A stretch of DNA of 64,000 nucleotides from Bdellovibrionota bacterium (GTDB taxonomy: Bacteria > Bdellovibrionota_G > JALEGL01 > DATDPG01): NCBI GenBank assembly GCA_963668355.1, contig OY764265.1, positions 1,792,001 through 1,856,000 on the forward strand. The letters are read 5' to 3'. A program made the translations under genes and the position numbers. Position 1 is the stretch's first letter. The number at the start of each line of letters is the position of its first letter. Below, piece after piece: positions 47,999 through 58,000 of this stretch. The notes under the pieces were generated by a model that saw nothing but the letters and a program-made list of their open reading frames with translations, was not told where the DNA came from and searched no databases.

Positions 47999-48210
47999 TC
48001 AAGACAATTGGGGAAGCGGGGCTTTCAAAAAACTGTGAGAAACCTTTTGGAAGCCCCCAAAAAAAGGCTCCGAAGTCAAAGATTTAGATTCGTTGGGGGA
48101 AAACGGTCGGAAACGGCATGCGGTACGTTGGTGGAATGAGGAAGACAGATTCGATTGAAAGCGAAAGGCCTCGGGGACATGTCTCGCAACATGTCCCCGA
48201 AAATTTTTTT
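47999..48210 (+). ncRNA. Candidate sigma-54-dependent small RNA
   Basis: Promoter, 13-bp 5' stem (48018-48057), and 12-bp terminal stem followed by a T-tract, all in a convergent intergenic gap. Confidence 0.45.
48171..48210 (+). terminator. Intrinsic terminator-like hairpin
   Basis: TCGGGGACATGT-CTCGCA-ACATGTCCCCGA followed by AAATTTTTTT. Confidence 0.75.
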
Positions 48211-49147
48211 AACCATGAACAGGCAGGTGTTGTAATTCGGGAGGAAGGGCGAAGTTAACGTCTTCCTCAACCAAATCCAGCTCTTCTGTAGAGGATCCTT
48301 TCTGCTCGAGCCAATTCAAGACTTCTTGCACCAAATATTCAGGCGCTGAGGCTCCTGCCGTCAATCCAATGAGTTCTTTTTCTTGGAGCCACTTGGGGTC
48401 AATTTCTTCCGCGCGATCAATCAAGTAAGCATCTACGCCTAGAGCTTGAGCCACTTCACAGAGACGTTGAGAATTGGAACTGTTTTTGGAACCCACGACC
48501 AAAAGAAGTTGAACGCCTTTTTTGACCAAGGCCTTCACGGCGTCTTGACGATTTTGAGTGGCATAGCAAATGTCATCTTTCTTGGGGGACTTGAGTTCAG
48601 GAAATCTTTTTCTCAAGACATCCATCATCTCTTTGGACTCATCAACACTCAAGGTGGTTTGGGTAAGCGCAGCTACTTTAGAGGGATTTGGAATGTCCAG
48701 GTGGTCAACATCTTCCGGAGAGCCGACCACGGAGATGTCTTCAGGGGCTTCCCCGAGGGTGCCTTCCACTTCGTCATGATCTGCATGGCCGATCAAAACG
48801 ATGGAGTCTCCTTGGGTTAGGTATCGATGAACTTCATGGTGAACTTTCGTGACCAAAGGACACGTGGCATCAATGACTTGTAAATTTCGGTCTGCGGCGT
48901 GTTGCCTCACCTCGGGGGAGACGCCATGAGCACTGAAAATGACGAGACTGCCTTGTGGAGCCTCATCCAGACTGTCGATGAAATGGACTCCACGTGCCTG
49001 GAAGCTTTCCACAACCGCTTTATTATGAACGATCTCTTTTCGAACGTATAAGGGTGTGCCATAGTTTTTCAATGCGAGTTCGACGATGTCGATCGCACGA
49101 ACGACGCCGGCACAGAAACCACGAGGACTAGCAAGAAGAGTTTTCAT
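48209..49147 (-). CDS. ispH: 4-hydroxy-3-methylbut-2-enyl diphosphate reductase
   Basis: PRGFCAGV, IVHN, SAHG, DATCPLV, ICYATQNRQ, SSNS and TAGASAP motifs. Confidence 0.97.
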   Translation of the reverse strand: MKTLLASPRGFCAGVVRAIDIVELALKNYGTPLYVRKEIVHNKAVVESFQARGVHFIDSLDEAPQGSLVIFSAHGVSPEVRQHAADRNLQVIDATCPLVTKVHHEVHRYLTQGDSIVLIGHADHDEVEGTLGEAPEDISVVGSPEDVDHLDIPNPSKVAALTQTTLSVDESKEMMDVLRKRFPELKSPKKDDICYATQNRQDAVKALVKKGVQLLLVVGSKNSSNSQRLCEVAQALGVDAYLIDRAEEIDPKWLQEKELIGLTAGASAPEYLVQEVLNWLEQKGSSTEELDLVEEDVNFALPPELQHLPVHG

Positions 49148-50131
49148 ATGACGCGAAGACATGACAGAAAATGGATCGAGTGGCAAGGGGGGCTCTGGGC
49201 CCTTTTTTCTCTATTCCTTGTACCATCCGCCTTGGGTGAAGGAGATCCGGCGCGACGGAACGTGGATATTCAGGTGTACTCACCAAACCAAGGATCGGTC
49301 GAGGATGGAAAACCTTTGCGCTTTGGGGATCCTGAAGTGGTTTGGGAAGAGGAAGTGCCCGATTCTTCTCCGAAAGAAAAAAAAACCTCCAAAATATCGT
49401 CTCCCAAAAGAGCCAAGCCTTCGATGCCTGCCACCCAGACTTTCAAAAATGCTTCAGGAATTCGAGAGATGATCGATTCGGTTCCTCCCGATCAAGATTT
49501 CTCTCTCGTTTTGGAGAGGATTGACGCGGGAGGCGCGTCTGCCGTTCCCGTTTTGGCCGAAGTGTTTTTGGATCCTTCGGCGCGTTGGCAATCGAGGTGG
49601 ATTGCGGCGATGGCGTTGAGTCGTGCGGATAGCAAAGATAGCCGTGCGGCGTTACAGAAAGGTCTTCAAGACTCCTTTTTCCTGGTTCGGATGGCCGCGT
49701 TGGTGGCTTTGGGGGCGAGCCGAGAAGGGGATGTGGCGCCCGCAGTACGTCGTTCTTTGAATGACAAGGCGATGGTGGTTCGGTCTGCAGCCGTGGATGC
49801 GTTAGGTAAATTACGGGATGAAGGTTCCGTACCAGCTTTATTGGAGGAGTTGTGGGCTGCTCGAAATTTTCATCGCGGGAGGAGTTTGTGGATTCGAAAA
49901 CATATTCTCGTGTCTTTGGGGAGAATTGGAGATGCTTCTGTCTTGCCTTCGGTCATAAAAGTTTTTGGAGATCATGATTCTGAACTTCGTCTGGAAGCCT
50001 GTCGAACGTTGAGCCGACTTCAACCCGAAGTCGAACATGCCTCCGAAACTCCTCGTGAAGGGTGTGCAGATCAGTGGTTAAGTTGGTTCAAAACGTTTGA
50101 GGAAAAGAGTTCCCCTACTTCAATTGAGTGA
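49148..50131 (+). CDS. Exported HEAT-repeat protein
   Basis: Signal-like N-terminus; repeats VRMAALVALG, VRSAAVDALG and LRLEACRTL. Confidence 0.82.
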   Translation: MTRRHDRKWIEWQGGLWALFSLFLVPSALGEGDPARRNVDIQVYSPNQGSVEDGKPLRFGDPEVVWEEEVPDSSPKEKKTSKISSPKRAKPSMPATQTFKNASGIREMIDSVPPDQDFSLVLERIDAGGASAVPVLAEVFLDPSARWQSRWIAAMALSRADSKDSRAALQKGLQDSFFLVRMAALVALGASREGDVAPAVRRSLNDKAMVVRSAAVDALGKLRDEGSVPALLEELWAARNFHRGRSLWIRKHILVSLGRIGDASVLPSVIKVFGDHDSELRLEACRTLSRLQPEVEHASETPREGCADQWLSWFKTFEEKSSPTSIE

Positions 50132-51623
50132 TGGTGATGGTTTTGCTTTCATCACTTACCTTGAACACAATCTTGAAAGAGCCTTCGTCCAGAATAAAAG
50201 ATCCGGGACGCTTGGGAACGTTTTTCGCGGCTCTTGGATAGGGTTCCGACGCGAGATCTAAGGTCCGATGTCGAACATCTTCAAACTCTTCAAAGGTTAA
50301 CTCCTCCATTTGACTTTGTACGGTGGGCGAAAAGTAGAGCGAATATTTAGAGGTCTTGGGGGGGGTGTTCTTTAGGTCAATGAGTACCGGAGGATAAGAG
50401 GTGTTTTGGGGGTGAATTTGTCGCAGAGCTTTCGTGAGGCGGATGATTTCGTGGTCTGCCTTTTTTAGAAGCTTCTGAGGGTTATGATAGTAGAAAAGAG
50501 CACCCAGCCCACAGGCGATGACAATCAGAAGAAGGTTTTTAAAAATGGGATGTGTTTGAGGAGGCCGAATGGGGCGTCGATCAATCTTAGGTTTATTTTC
50601 GGCCAATTTTGTCTTGGTTAACGGATTTTGATGTTCTCCGGTGATGAGATCTCTGGGAGATTGTGTAGGTTTGAGCGTGGCTAACTCAGCCGCAGAAACA
50701 CCAAACAGATTTCGGACGTATGCGGCCAAGTCCATTTCAGTCACTTGCCCAAACGTGTCTTCTTGGAATTTTTCCAAAGCTCGAGCAAATTCTTCAGCGT
50801 TGGCGTAGCGTTTTCGAGGTTTTTTGTTAAGGGCTTTGCTTAAGATGTTCACCAGTTTTCGGGGCACTTTTGGATTGATGTCTCGGGGGTCCCTAAATTC
50901 TGCCCCTCGAACATGTTCCAACAATCGAATGTCCGTTTGCCCTTGAAAGTAGTTGTCCAACGTGAGCAATTCCCAAAACACAATTCCTGCGGAGTAGATA
51001 TCCGTTTTGAGATCGATCTCTTTTCCCATGGCTTGCTCGGGAGACATGTAACTGAATTTTCCTTTGAGAATTCCCGTTTGTGTAGAACTGGCGATATGTC
51101 CTGCCTTGGCAATGCCAAAGTCGAGGATTTTTACCTGTCCCCAAAGGGAGATCATGATGTTGTGCGGAGAAACGTCGCGGTGGACGATTTCCAAAGGTTG
51201 GTCAAAATTGTCTCTTTTGTGGTGAGCGTAATCCAGTGCTCGGAGAACCTGAATCATCATGGCGATGGACATATGCATGGGGAGTTCGACCTCCCTCATT
51301 TTGCAGCGGATCATAATGGATTTGAGATCCTTTCCCTGCACATATTCCATGGCGATGAAGTAGTCTCCATCCACGACCCCAAAGTCTAGGACGGGGACGA
51401 TGTTTGGGTGATTCAAACTCATGCTCAGCCGGGCTTCGTTGACCAACATGCTGACCAGTTTTTTATCCTGAGAAAACTGAGGAAGAATCCGTTTGATGGC
51501 GACCACAACATTGGGTCGCCCGCGATACTGGGCTTTGTAAACCTCTGCCATCCCGCCCATACCCAGCTTGGATACGAGATGATATTTGCCGAACCGAGGG
51601 GCTCCGCCGTATGGGTCGGTCAA
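50115..51623 (-). CDS. Membrane Ser/Thr protein kinase with C-terminal RelE/ParE-like domain
   Basis: GMGGMAEVY, AIK, HRDVSPHN, DFG and YMSPEQ motifs, one TM, RelE-like tail. Probable TTG start at 51623. Confidence 0.93.
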   Translation of the reverse strand: MTDPYGGAPRFGKYHLVSKLGMGGMAEVYKAQYRGRPNVVVAIKRILPQFSQDKKLVSMLVNEARLSMSLNHPNIVPVLDFGVVDGDYFIAMEYVQGKDLKSIMIRCKMREVELPMHMSIAMMIQVLRALDYAHHKRDNFDQPLEIVHRDVSPHNIMISLWGQVKILDFGIAKAGHIASSTQTGILKGKFSYMSPEQAMGKEIDLKTDIYSAGIVFWELLTLDNYFQGQTDIRLLEHVRGAEFRDPRDINPKVPRKLVNILSKALNKKPRKRYANAEEFARALEKFQEDTFGQVTEMDLAAYVRNLFGVSAAELATLKPTQSPRDLITGEHQNPLTKTKLAENKPKIDRRPIRPPQTHPIFKNLLLIVIACGLGALFYYHNPQKLLKKADHEIIRLTKALRQIHPQNTSYPPVLIDLKNTPPKTSKYSLYFSPTVQSQMEELTFEEFEDVRHRTLDLASEPYPRAAKNVPKRPGSFILDEGSFKIVFKVSDESKTITITQLK

Positions 51624-51625
51624 TG

Positions 51626-52135
51626 CTACCTGCCTTGTCCCTGAATTTGGGCCAATCGGTTTTGAATATTGCCCAATAAGCGAGCTTCTTTTTGAGTGGA
51701 GCTTTCGGTTGGAATCCACTGATAGAGAGAGCCGGAAAATTCCGTTCCAGCTGTAATCGCATCGCTCATGTATTGCTCTTCATTGTCGATCTGAACTTCA
51801 ACCCCTTTTCGAGAAGGTTTGAAACGAAAAGAAAGCTTATATCGAATATTGTAGGGGATTCGGGCTTCTCCATATCCGGAATACAATCGATCAGATTTTC
51901 CCAAGATCCAGTCGGTGATGATGACGCCACTTTCTTTTTGGGAGGTGGCCAGTGGGTATTTTTGTTCGTCCAAGACTTCCTTTGTGGCTTGCCAGACATC
52001 CGAATAGCTTCCACGGAAGATTTTTTCCACGGCTTGTCGGGAAAAACTTTTGACTCCGGGTTCAGCAAAATCTTTGGAAGCACAAGAAGTGAACAATAAA
52101 CCAAGGCTTAGAAGAATAAGAATGCGACGTTTCAT
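51626..52135 (-). CDS. Outer-membrane lipoprotein (BamC/NlpB-like helix-grip)
   Basis: Lipobox LFTS-C, VW.A..EVL, G.I.TDW and E..LL..I patterns. Confidence 0.7.
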   Translation of the reverse strand: MKRRILILLSLGLLFTSCASKDFAEPGVKSFSRQAVEKIFRGSYSDVWQATKEVLDEQKYPLATSQKESGVIITDWILGKSDRLYSGYGEARIPYNIRYKLSFRFKPSRKGVEVQIDNEEQYMSDAITAGTEFSGSLYQWIPTESSTQKEARLLGNIQNRLAQIQGQGR

Positions 52136-52179
52136 ACAGCTCAACAGAATATCACAGGGCAAAAAACAGGAAAAGTCGC

Positions 52180-52209
52180 TTGACAGTTCCTCATGAGCTC
52201 CGCTATAGC
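52180..52209 (+). promoter_or_regulatory. Putative sigma-70 promoter of HU paralog 1
   Basis: TTGACA-N18-TATAGC. Confidence 0.6.
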
Positions 52210-52224
52210 CTTGAGCTCATTTTT

Positions 52225-52509
52225 ATGACCAAGCAGGAATTAATAGAAAAACTCGCCGAACGGCATAAACGAAGAAACGTTTCCAAAGCAGCCGCTTTCG
52301 ATGTCGTGGAAAGCCTGTTTCACAACTTAGGTATGGGCATTCGACGAGGAAAACGATTCACGTATCCAGGTTTTGGAACCTTCGTGGTTCGGAAGCGAAA
52401 AGAGCGAAAAGGTCGAAACCCTCAATCTGGGCAAGAAATTACCATCGCTGCTTCCAAAACCGTGGCCTTCCGTCCTGCTGCAGACTTAAAAGCGCGCTTG
52501 AAAAAGTAA
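52225..52509 (+). CDS. HU/IHF-family DNA-binding protein (paralog 1)
   Basis: MTKQELI, GFGTF, GRNPQSG and FRPA motifs. Confidence 0.93.
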   Translation: MTKQELIEKLAERHKRRNVSKAAAFDVVESLFHNLGMGIRRGKRFTYPGFGTFVVRKRKERKGRNPQSGQEITIAASKTVAFRPAADLKARLKK

Positions 52510-52512
52510 GTT

Positions 52513-54180
52513 TTACCCTTCTTCGATGTCGTATTTCTTGATCTTCTCGTGAAGCGTGGACTTGGCGATCCCTAAGGTTTTGGCAGCCTCTTTTTTATTC
52601 CAATTGTGGCGTTTGAGTTCCAGAACGATTTTTTCTTTCTCAATGTCCCGAAGGGTTCTTGTGACGGTTTGAGGGATTTTTTGGGTTTTTTCGTCAAACT
52701 CGTAAGCCGTGTCATCAGCAACGCCTAGGGGCGTGAACTGGATGTCTCCGGCGCTGATGATTCCCGTTTGGCAGTCCAGGACTGCACGGCTGATGACGTT
52801 CTTTAATTCTCGAATGTTACCGGGCCAGGCATAGTCCGTGAGTCGATCAATGGCGGAATCATCGATTTGTCGAATGGCTTTTTGTCTCCCAGAGGCGAAT
52901 TCTTGTTTGAGAAAATAGTCGACGAGAAGTCGAATGTCTTCTCTGCGTTCCCTTAATGGTGGAAGCTGAATGGGGACGACATAAAGTCGAAAGTATAGAT
53001 CTTCGCGAAACCTTCCCTTTTTCACCTCCACGGAAAGATTTCGATGGGTGGCGGCCACAACCCTCACATCCACGCGGATGGTTTGTGTTCCTCCCACACG
53101 CTTGATTTCATTGGTCTCTAGAACGCGAAGCAATTTGGGTTGTAAGTCCAACGGCAGTTCGCCAATCTCATCCAAAAAAAGCGTGCCTCCGTTGGCCTGT
53201 TCAAAGACACCTTTGCGTTGTTGATGAGCTGATGTGAACGCCCCTTTTTCATGACCAAACAACTCACTCTCGATTAAGTCTCTAGAGATGGCACCGCAAT
53301 TGACTGTGATGTAATTTTTCTTGGAGCGATTGCTTTGATTGTGGAGGGCGCGTGCGACAAGTTCTTTCCCGGTTCCCGTTTCACCATGAATTAGGACGGT
53401 CGTGTTCGAGGGGGCAACGCGTTCGATCAGCGTGAAAATTTTTCTCATTCGAGCATTGTTGGAGTGGATGCCTTCAAATTGGCTCTCAGATGAGGGTTGA
53501 ATGGGTTGCATCTCTTCGGCAGAAGAGAATCGCACCTCAACCTGTCCGATCTTAATTTTTGCGTTGGCCGTGAGGATGGCTTCCACGACAGGTTCTCCAT
53601 TGAGGAGTGTTCCGTTGGTGCTTTTCAGATCTTTGAGAAAATACGTTCCACTTCGGTTTTCGATCTTACAATGAGAGGTGGAAATATAGTCGTCAGTTAG
53701 AACGATGTCATTTGCCTCTCCTTTCCCGATAGAAATGATGGATTTGTTCAGCGTGAAGATTTTCTTGGGAGCTCCTTTCGTGACTTCCAAGATGGCTTTT
53801 TCCAATACCAGTTCACCCTTTGCCGGTTGATAGGAAAGAACGCGTGTGGGTTCTTTTTGTTCAACGGGAATTGTTCGCTCTTCTTGTCCTTCGTTGTTGC
53901 CAAAGAGAATCGTCCAATCTCCCATTTGGATCACATCGTTGCGTTTGAGAACTTGGGTGGAAACTCTTTCCTCATTCACGAAGGTTCCGTTGGTGGATTT
54001 ATCCGTAACCAAATACTGGTCGCCTTGTTTTAAAATGGTTAAGTGCACGCGGGAAATTCCAGGATCGGGCAAGCAAATGTCGTTTTGGCTGGAGCGCCCT
54101 ACGGTGGTGAGTTCTTTGGTGATGAAGTACTTCATCACCTCTTCATCATTTTTCCTAAGGGATAATTCGATCGATGGCAT
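52513..54180 (-). CDS. Double-FHA sigma-54 enhancer-binding protein
   Basis: Two FHA domains, [29 protein letters not shown] and HTH. Confidence 0.95.
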   Translation of the reverse strand: MPSIELSLRKNDEEVMKYFITKELTTVGRSSQNDICLPDPGISRVHLTILKQGDQYLVTDKSTNGTFVNEERVSTQVLKRNDVIQMGDWTILFGNNEGQEERTIPVEQKEPTRVLSYQPAKGELVLEKAILEVTKGAPKKIFTLNKSIISIGKGEANDIVLTDDYISTSHCKIENRSGTYFLKDLKSTNGTLLNGEPVVEAILTANAKIKIGQVEVRFSSAEEMQPIQPSSESQFEGIHSNNARMRKIFTLIERVAPSNTTVLIHGETGTGKELVARALHNQSNRSKKNYITVNCGAISRDLIESELFGHEKGAFTSAHQQRKGVFEQANGGTLFLDEIGELPLDLQPKLLRVLETNEIKRVGGTQTIRVDVRVVAATHRNLSVEVKKGRFREDLYFRLYVVPIQLPPLRERREDIRLLVDYFLKQEFASGRQKAIRQIDDSAIDRLTDYAWPGNIRELKNVISRAVLDCQTGIISAGDIQFTPLGVADDTAYEFDEKTQKIPQTVTRTLRDIEKEKIVLELKRHNWNKKEAAKTLGIAKSTLHEKIKKYDIEEG

Positions 54181-54231
54181 TTCGCCAAAGATTAGCACAT
54201 GCACGCCAGAGCGGCTATTTCAACGGGAAAC

Positions 54232-54513
54232 TTAACGCAAAGATTGTTTGAGCGTGGGCGCAGGCCTAAACGTAATGGTTTTGTGTGCTTTGATCGTGAT
54301 GGTTTTTCCGGTTTGGGGGTTTCGACCTTTTCGCTCTTTTCGTTTCTTCAGATTGAACGCACCAAATCCAGGGTAGGTGAACTTTCCATCCTTCATGATG
54401 CCTTTGGCAAGGAGGTCAAAAACAGAGTCGACCATTTCAGCAATGGCTACACGCGGTAAGCCTCTAAGTTTATTGTCTTTATATACTCGCTCAATCAGTT
54501 CTGCTTTGGTCAT
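54232..54513 (-). CDS. HU/IHF-family DNA-binding protein (paralog 2)
   Basis: MTKAELI, GFGAF, GRNPQTG and FRPA motifs. Confidence 0.93.
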   Translation of the reverse strand: MTKAELIERVYKDNKLRGLPRVAIAEMVDSVFDLLAKGIMKDGKFTYPGFGAFNLKKRKERKGRNPQTGKTITIKAHKTITFRPAPTLKQSLR

Positions 54514-54542
54514 AGTCCTTCCACCCCTAAAGATTTCATAGG

Positions 54543-54572
54543 GTTATAGGACGTGCATGCACATTGTGTCAA
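54543..54572 (-). promoter_or_regulatory. Putative sigma-70 promoter of HU paralog 2
   Basis: TTGACA-N18-TATAAC. Confidence 0.6.
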
Positions 54573-54585
54573 GGATCGGGAGGAA

Positions 54586-54614
54586 TTGCGAAGGGGATCT
54601 TCCTTCGTTATAAC
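54586..54614 (+). promoter_or_regulatory. Putative sigma-70 promoter of the lipoprotein-hut unit
   Basis: TTGCGA-N17-TATAAC. Confidence 0.5.
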
Positions 54615-54623
54615 GGTTAAACT

Positions 54624-55043
54624 TTGTGGACCAAGGCTTCAATGATTGTACTTTCCATTTTTCTGATTCAATGCGGAAGTCACTTTTCTTCGACGATTTC
54701 CAGTATGGCTCTTGATCCCAATCCCGCAGTGGTCCAATCCGGAATATGTACGAGTGATGCACAGCTGACCGCCACACAAAACTCGGGTTCCACCTTGGTT
54801 TCGTTGGTGGCATCTTTTCCGGATTCCCAGGGAAATGTGGTTGATTTTGAGTACGATGAGAACGCCATTTCAACCATTGTAAGTGATATATATGTTCCTC
54901 CACATGGAACAACGACCATCCATTTGGAGTTGAATTTGGAAGCCGAGTCTGTACCGCTCCCTGCCGAAGGTACAATCTTGGTTACGGGAGTTGGGGCGGG
55001 AGGAACCGTCCAGTTTGTGGGAGTCTTGACCTGCGAAGAGTAA
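54624..55043 (+). CDS. Hypothetical beta-rich putative lipoprotein
   Basis: Hydrophobic signal ending FLIQ-C-G; beta-strand-like pattern. Confidence 0.6.
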   Translation: MWTKASMIVLSIFLIQCGSHFSSTISSMALDPNPAVVQSGICTSDAQLTATQNSGSTLVSLVASFPDSQGNVVDFEYDENAISTIVSDIYVPPHGTTTIHLELNLEAESVPLPAEGTILVTGVGAGGTVQFVGVLTCEE

Positions 55044-55069
55044 TGTTCAAAAAAATGAGGAGAGGAATC

Positions 55070-56713
55070 ATGAGTCGAGAAGTTCGTGCGCCGCGAGGAA
55101 AAGAATTGAATTGCAAAGGATGGCAACAGGAAGCTGCTTTACGGATGTTGATGAACAATTTGGATCCGGAAGTGGCAGAGCGTCCAGAAGAACTTGTGAT
55201 TTACGGGGGTACGGGAAAAGCTGCTCGTTCTTGGGAAGATTTTGATCGAATTGTGGCCGCGCTTAAGCGCTTGGAAAACGATGAAACCTTATTGGTTCAA
55301 TCGGGTCGGGCTGTGGGAGTTATTAAGACGCACGAAGAAGCTCCACGGGTGTTGATTTCAAATTCGATGTTGGTTCCGGCTTGGGCGACGTGGGAGCATT
55401 TCTGGGAACTCGAGAAAAAGGGCCTCATCATGTACGGCCAAATGACTGCGGGAAGTTGGATTTACATTGGAACGCAAGGAATTTTGCAGGGAACCTATGA
55501 AACGTTTGCCGAAGCCGGGCGAAAGCATTTTGGCTCTTCGTTAAAAGGGAAGTTTATTTTGTCAGCGGGACTTGGAGGAATGGGCGGAGCTCAACCTCTT
55601 TCGGTGACCATGAACGAAGGGGTTTTCCTGGGCATCGAGATTGATCCCACGCGAGTTCAGAGACGTCTGGAGACCCGTTATTTAGATGAGGTTGCAGACG
55701 ACTTGGATGATGCTTTGTCTCGCGTGAAGAATGCCCAAGAAGAGGGACGGCCGCTTTCCATTGCTTTGGTGGCTAACGCAGCCGATGTGTACGACGAACT
55801 CGTGAAACGAGAGGTCTGGCCTGACTTGGTTACCGATCAAACTTCGGCCCATGACCCGCTTCGAGGTTACATTCCCCAAGGTTACTCCTTGGAAGAAGCG
55901 GAGAAACTTAGAAAAGATCATCCAGAGGAACATGTGAAAAAGGCTCAAGCTTCCATGGCTGTTCAAGTGAAAGCCATGTTAGCCATGCAAAAAAACGGCT
56001 CACATGTCTTCGATTACGGAAACAATATTCGGGCTCAGGCCCAAATTTCCGGAGTTGAAAATGCGTTTGATTTCCCAGGTTTTGTTCCGGCATACATTCG
56101 TCCTCTTTTCTGTGAAGGGAAGGGGCCGTTTCGGTGGGCGGTTCTCTCTGGTGATCCCGAAGATTTGAAGAAAACCGATGAGGCCATTTTGGAACTCTTC
56201 CCGGAAGATAAAGGCCTCAATCGATGGATTCAGATGGCCTCTGAGAGGGTTGCTTTCCAGGGGTTGCCATCCCGAATCTGTTGGTTGGGGTATGGGGAAC
56301 GCAGGAAAGCGGGCCTGAAATTCAATCAGCTGGTTCGAGAGGGCGTGGTGTCTGCACCCATTGTCATCGGTCGGGACCATTTGGACTGTGGCTCTGTGGC
56401 TTCTCCCAATCGCGAGACCGAAGGCATGAAAGACGGAAGTGATGCTATTGCGGACTGGCCAATGTTAAACGCCATGAGCAATGTTGCTTGTGGAGCTGCC
56501 TGGGTGAGCATTCATCACGGAGGGGGCGTCGGTATTGGATATTCCCTTCACGCTGGAATGGTTAGCTTGGCCGATGGATCGGAATCGGCGGATCGAAGAT
56601 TGTCACGCGTTTTGACTGCGGATCCTGCCATGGGAGTAATTCGACATGCAGATGCCGGATATGAAAAAGCGGAAGAGATTGCCAAAGAGCGGGGAGTGGA
56701 TTTAGCCAAATGA
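55070..56713 (+). CDS. hutU: Urocanate hydratase
   Basis: [35 protein letters not shown] and GRDHLD motifs; SD before ATG 55070. Confidence 0.98.
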   Translation: MSREVRAPRGKELNCKGWQQEAALRMLMNNLDPEVAERPEELVIYGGTGKAARSWEDFDRIVAALKRLENDETLLVQSGRAVGVIKTHEEAPRVLISNSMLVPAWATWEHFWELEKKGLIMYGQMTAGSWIYIGTQGILQGTYETFAEAGRKHFGSSLKGKFILSAGLGGMGGAQPLSVTMNEGVFLGIEIDPTRVQRRLETRYLDEVADDLDDALSRVKNAQEEGRPLSIALVANAADVYDELVKREVWPDLVTDQTSAHDPLRGYIPQGYSLEEAEKLRKDHPEEHVKKAQASMAVQVKAMLAMQKNGSHVFDYGNNIRAQAQISGVENAFDFPGFVPAYIRPLFCEGKGPFRWAVLSGDPEDLKKTDEAILELFPEDKGLNRWIQMASERVAFQGLPSRICWLGYGERRKAGLKFNQLVREGVVSAPIVIGRDHLDCGSVASPNRETEGMKDGSDAIADWPMLNAMSNVACGAAWVSIHHGGGVGIGYSLHAGMVSLADGSESADRRLSRVLTADPAMGVIRHADAGYEKAEEIAKERGVDLAK

Positions 56714-57906
56714 CGAGTTATACGATCATCAAAAATGTTTCTCAGCTCGTAGATTTTCGGGTTCGAGAAAAAATGGCCATGATTTTTCAAGGGGAAGACG
56801 TGGTGTGGGTCGGTCCCGAAAAGGAAATCCCCTCGGACTACCCGATTGAACAGGAAGTCGATGCTGAGGGCCGGTTGGTTACGGCGGGATTGGTGGATTG
56901 CCATACCCATCTCGTGTTTGCGGGCTCTCGTTCCGAAGAGTTTTTCAAACGTTTGCAAGGGACTTCGTATGAGGACATTGCTCGAAGCGGAGGGGGCATT
57001 GCCAGTACGGTGAAATCTACCCGTGAGGCGAGTGATGACGTGTTGAAGGATCTTCTTCGGAAACGATTGGATTCCTTTCTTTCCTACGGTGTGACGACCC
57101 TGGAGGTTAAGAGTGGTTATGGCCTTCGAACCGAGGATGAACTGAGAATTTTGAAAATTGCGAATGAAATGGATCATCCTGTCGAAATCGTTCCAACCTT
57201 TCTCGGGGCGCACGTAGTTCCTCCAGAGTTTGAGGGAAAGAGAGACGCGTACATCGAACTCGTCTGCGAAGAGATGATGCCCAAGGTCAAAGAACAGAAT
57301 TTGTCGAATATCTGTGATGTCTTTTGCGATGAGGGCGCCTTCACGGTGGAAGAAACTCGGAAGATTTTGGCTCGCGCGAAAGGTCTTGGTTTTAATGTCA
57401 AGTTGCATGCCGATCAATTGAAAGGAACGGGCGCAGCCGAATTGGCTGCAGAGTTCGGAGCTTTGTCTGCCGATCACTTGGAACAAATCAGCGAGGCAGG
57501 AATTTCTTCTTTGGCCAAAAGCGGAACCATTGCCGTATTGATTCCGGGATCCGTATTCTTTTTGGGGAAGAGGTCTTATGCTCCGGCTCGAAAGCTCATT
57601 GAGAAGAATGTGAATGTGGCCATTTCGACCGATTGCAATCCAGGAACCAGCTTAAGCGAAAACTTGCCTTTGATGATGAGTTTTGCCGCCGTGGAAATGA
57701 AAATGAGTGTCCAAGAAATCTGGGCGGGCGTGACGACGTTTCCGGCACAGGCGATGGGGCTGAAAGATCGCGGACGCTTTGCTCCGGGAATGGCTGCAGA
57801 TTTTGTGGTTTGGGACGCGGAAAATTGGGAAGAAGTTCCCTATCACTATGGATCCGTGAAGGCTCATGCGGTGTATAAGAAGGGGCGTCGCGTATACGCG
57901 GCTTGA
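56710..57906 (+). CDS. hutI: Imidazolonepropionase
   Basis: [26 protein letters not shown] and TDCNPG motifs. Confidence 0.96.
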   Translation: MTSYTIIKNVSQLVDFRVREKMAMIFQGEDVVWVGPEKEIPSDYPIEQEVDAEGRLVTAGLVDCHTHLVFAGSRSEEFFKRLQGTSYEDIARSGGGIASTVKSTREASDDVLKDLLRKRLDSFLSYGVTTLEVKSGYGLRTEDELRILKIANEMDHPVEIVPTFLGAHVVPPEFEGKRDAYIELVCEEMMPKVKEQNLSNICDVFCDEGAFTVEETRKILARAKGLGFNVKLHADQLKGTGAAELAAEFGALSADHLEQISEAGISSLAKSGTIAVLIPGSVFFLGKRSYAPARKLIEKNVNVAISTDCNPGTSLSENLPLMMSFAAVEMKMSVQEIWAGVTTFPAQAMGLKDRGRFAPGMAADFVVWDAENWEEVPYHYGSVKAHAVYKKGRRVYAA

Positions 57907-58000
57907 GACGCGGAAAAAATCTCCCTTTACGTTCTTAGGAGCCGTTGTTATCAAAGTCCGAAAAAGGGCGGCAATCTTTCGCATTTTTTAGGAGAGAATC

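Noticed and set aside
47888..48139. 83-aa ORF in the oppA-ispH gap
   Set aside because: It spans the enhancer, promoter and hairpin, has no SD, and its K/R/F bias reflects homopolymer tracts.
50115..50348. Active RelE toxin-antitoxin module
   Set aside because: Catalytic basic residues and the terminal Tyr are missing, no antitoxin ORF is present, and the domain is fused behind a TM helix.
54195..54209. Sigma-54-like CTGGCGTGCATGTGC before the double-FHA activator
   Set aside because: Spacing is GG-N9-GC rather than N10; an extended -10 (TGCTAATCT) explains the site better.
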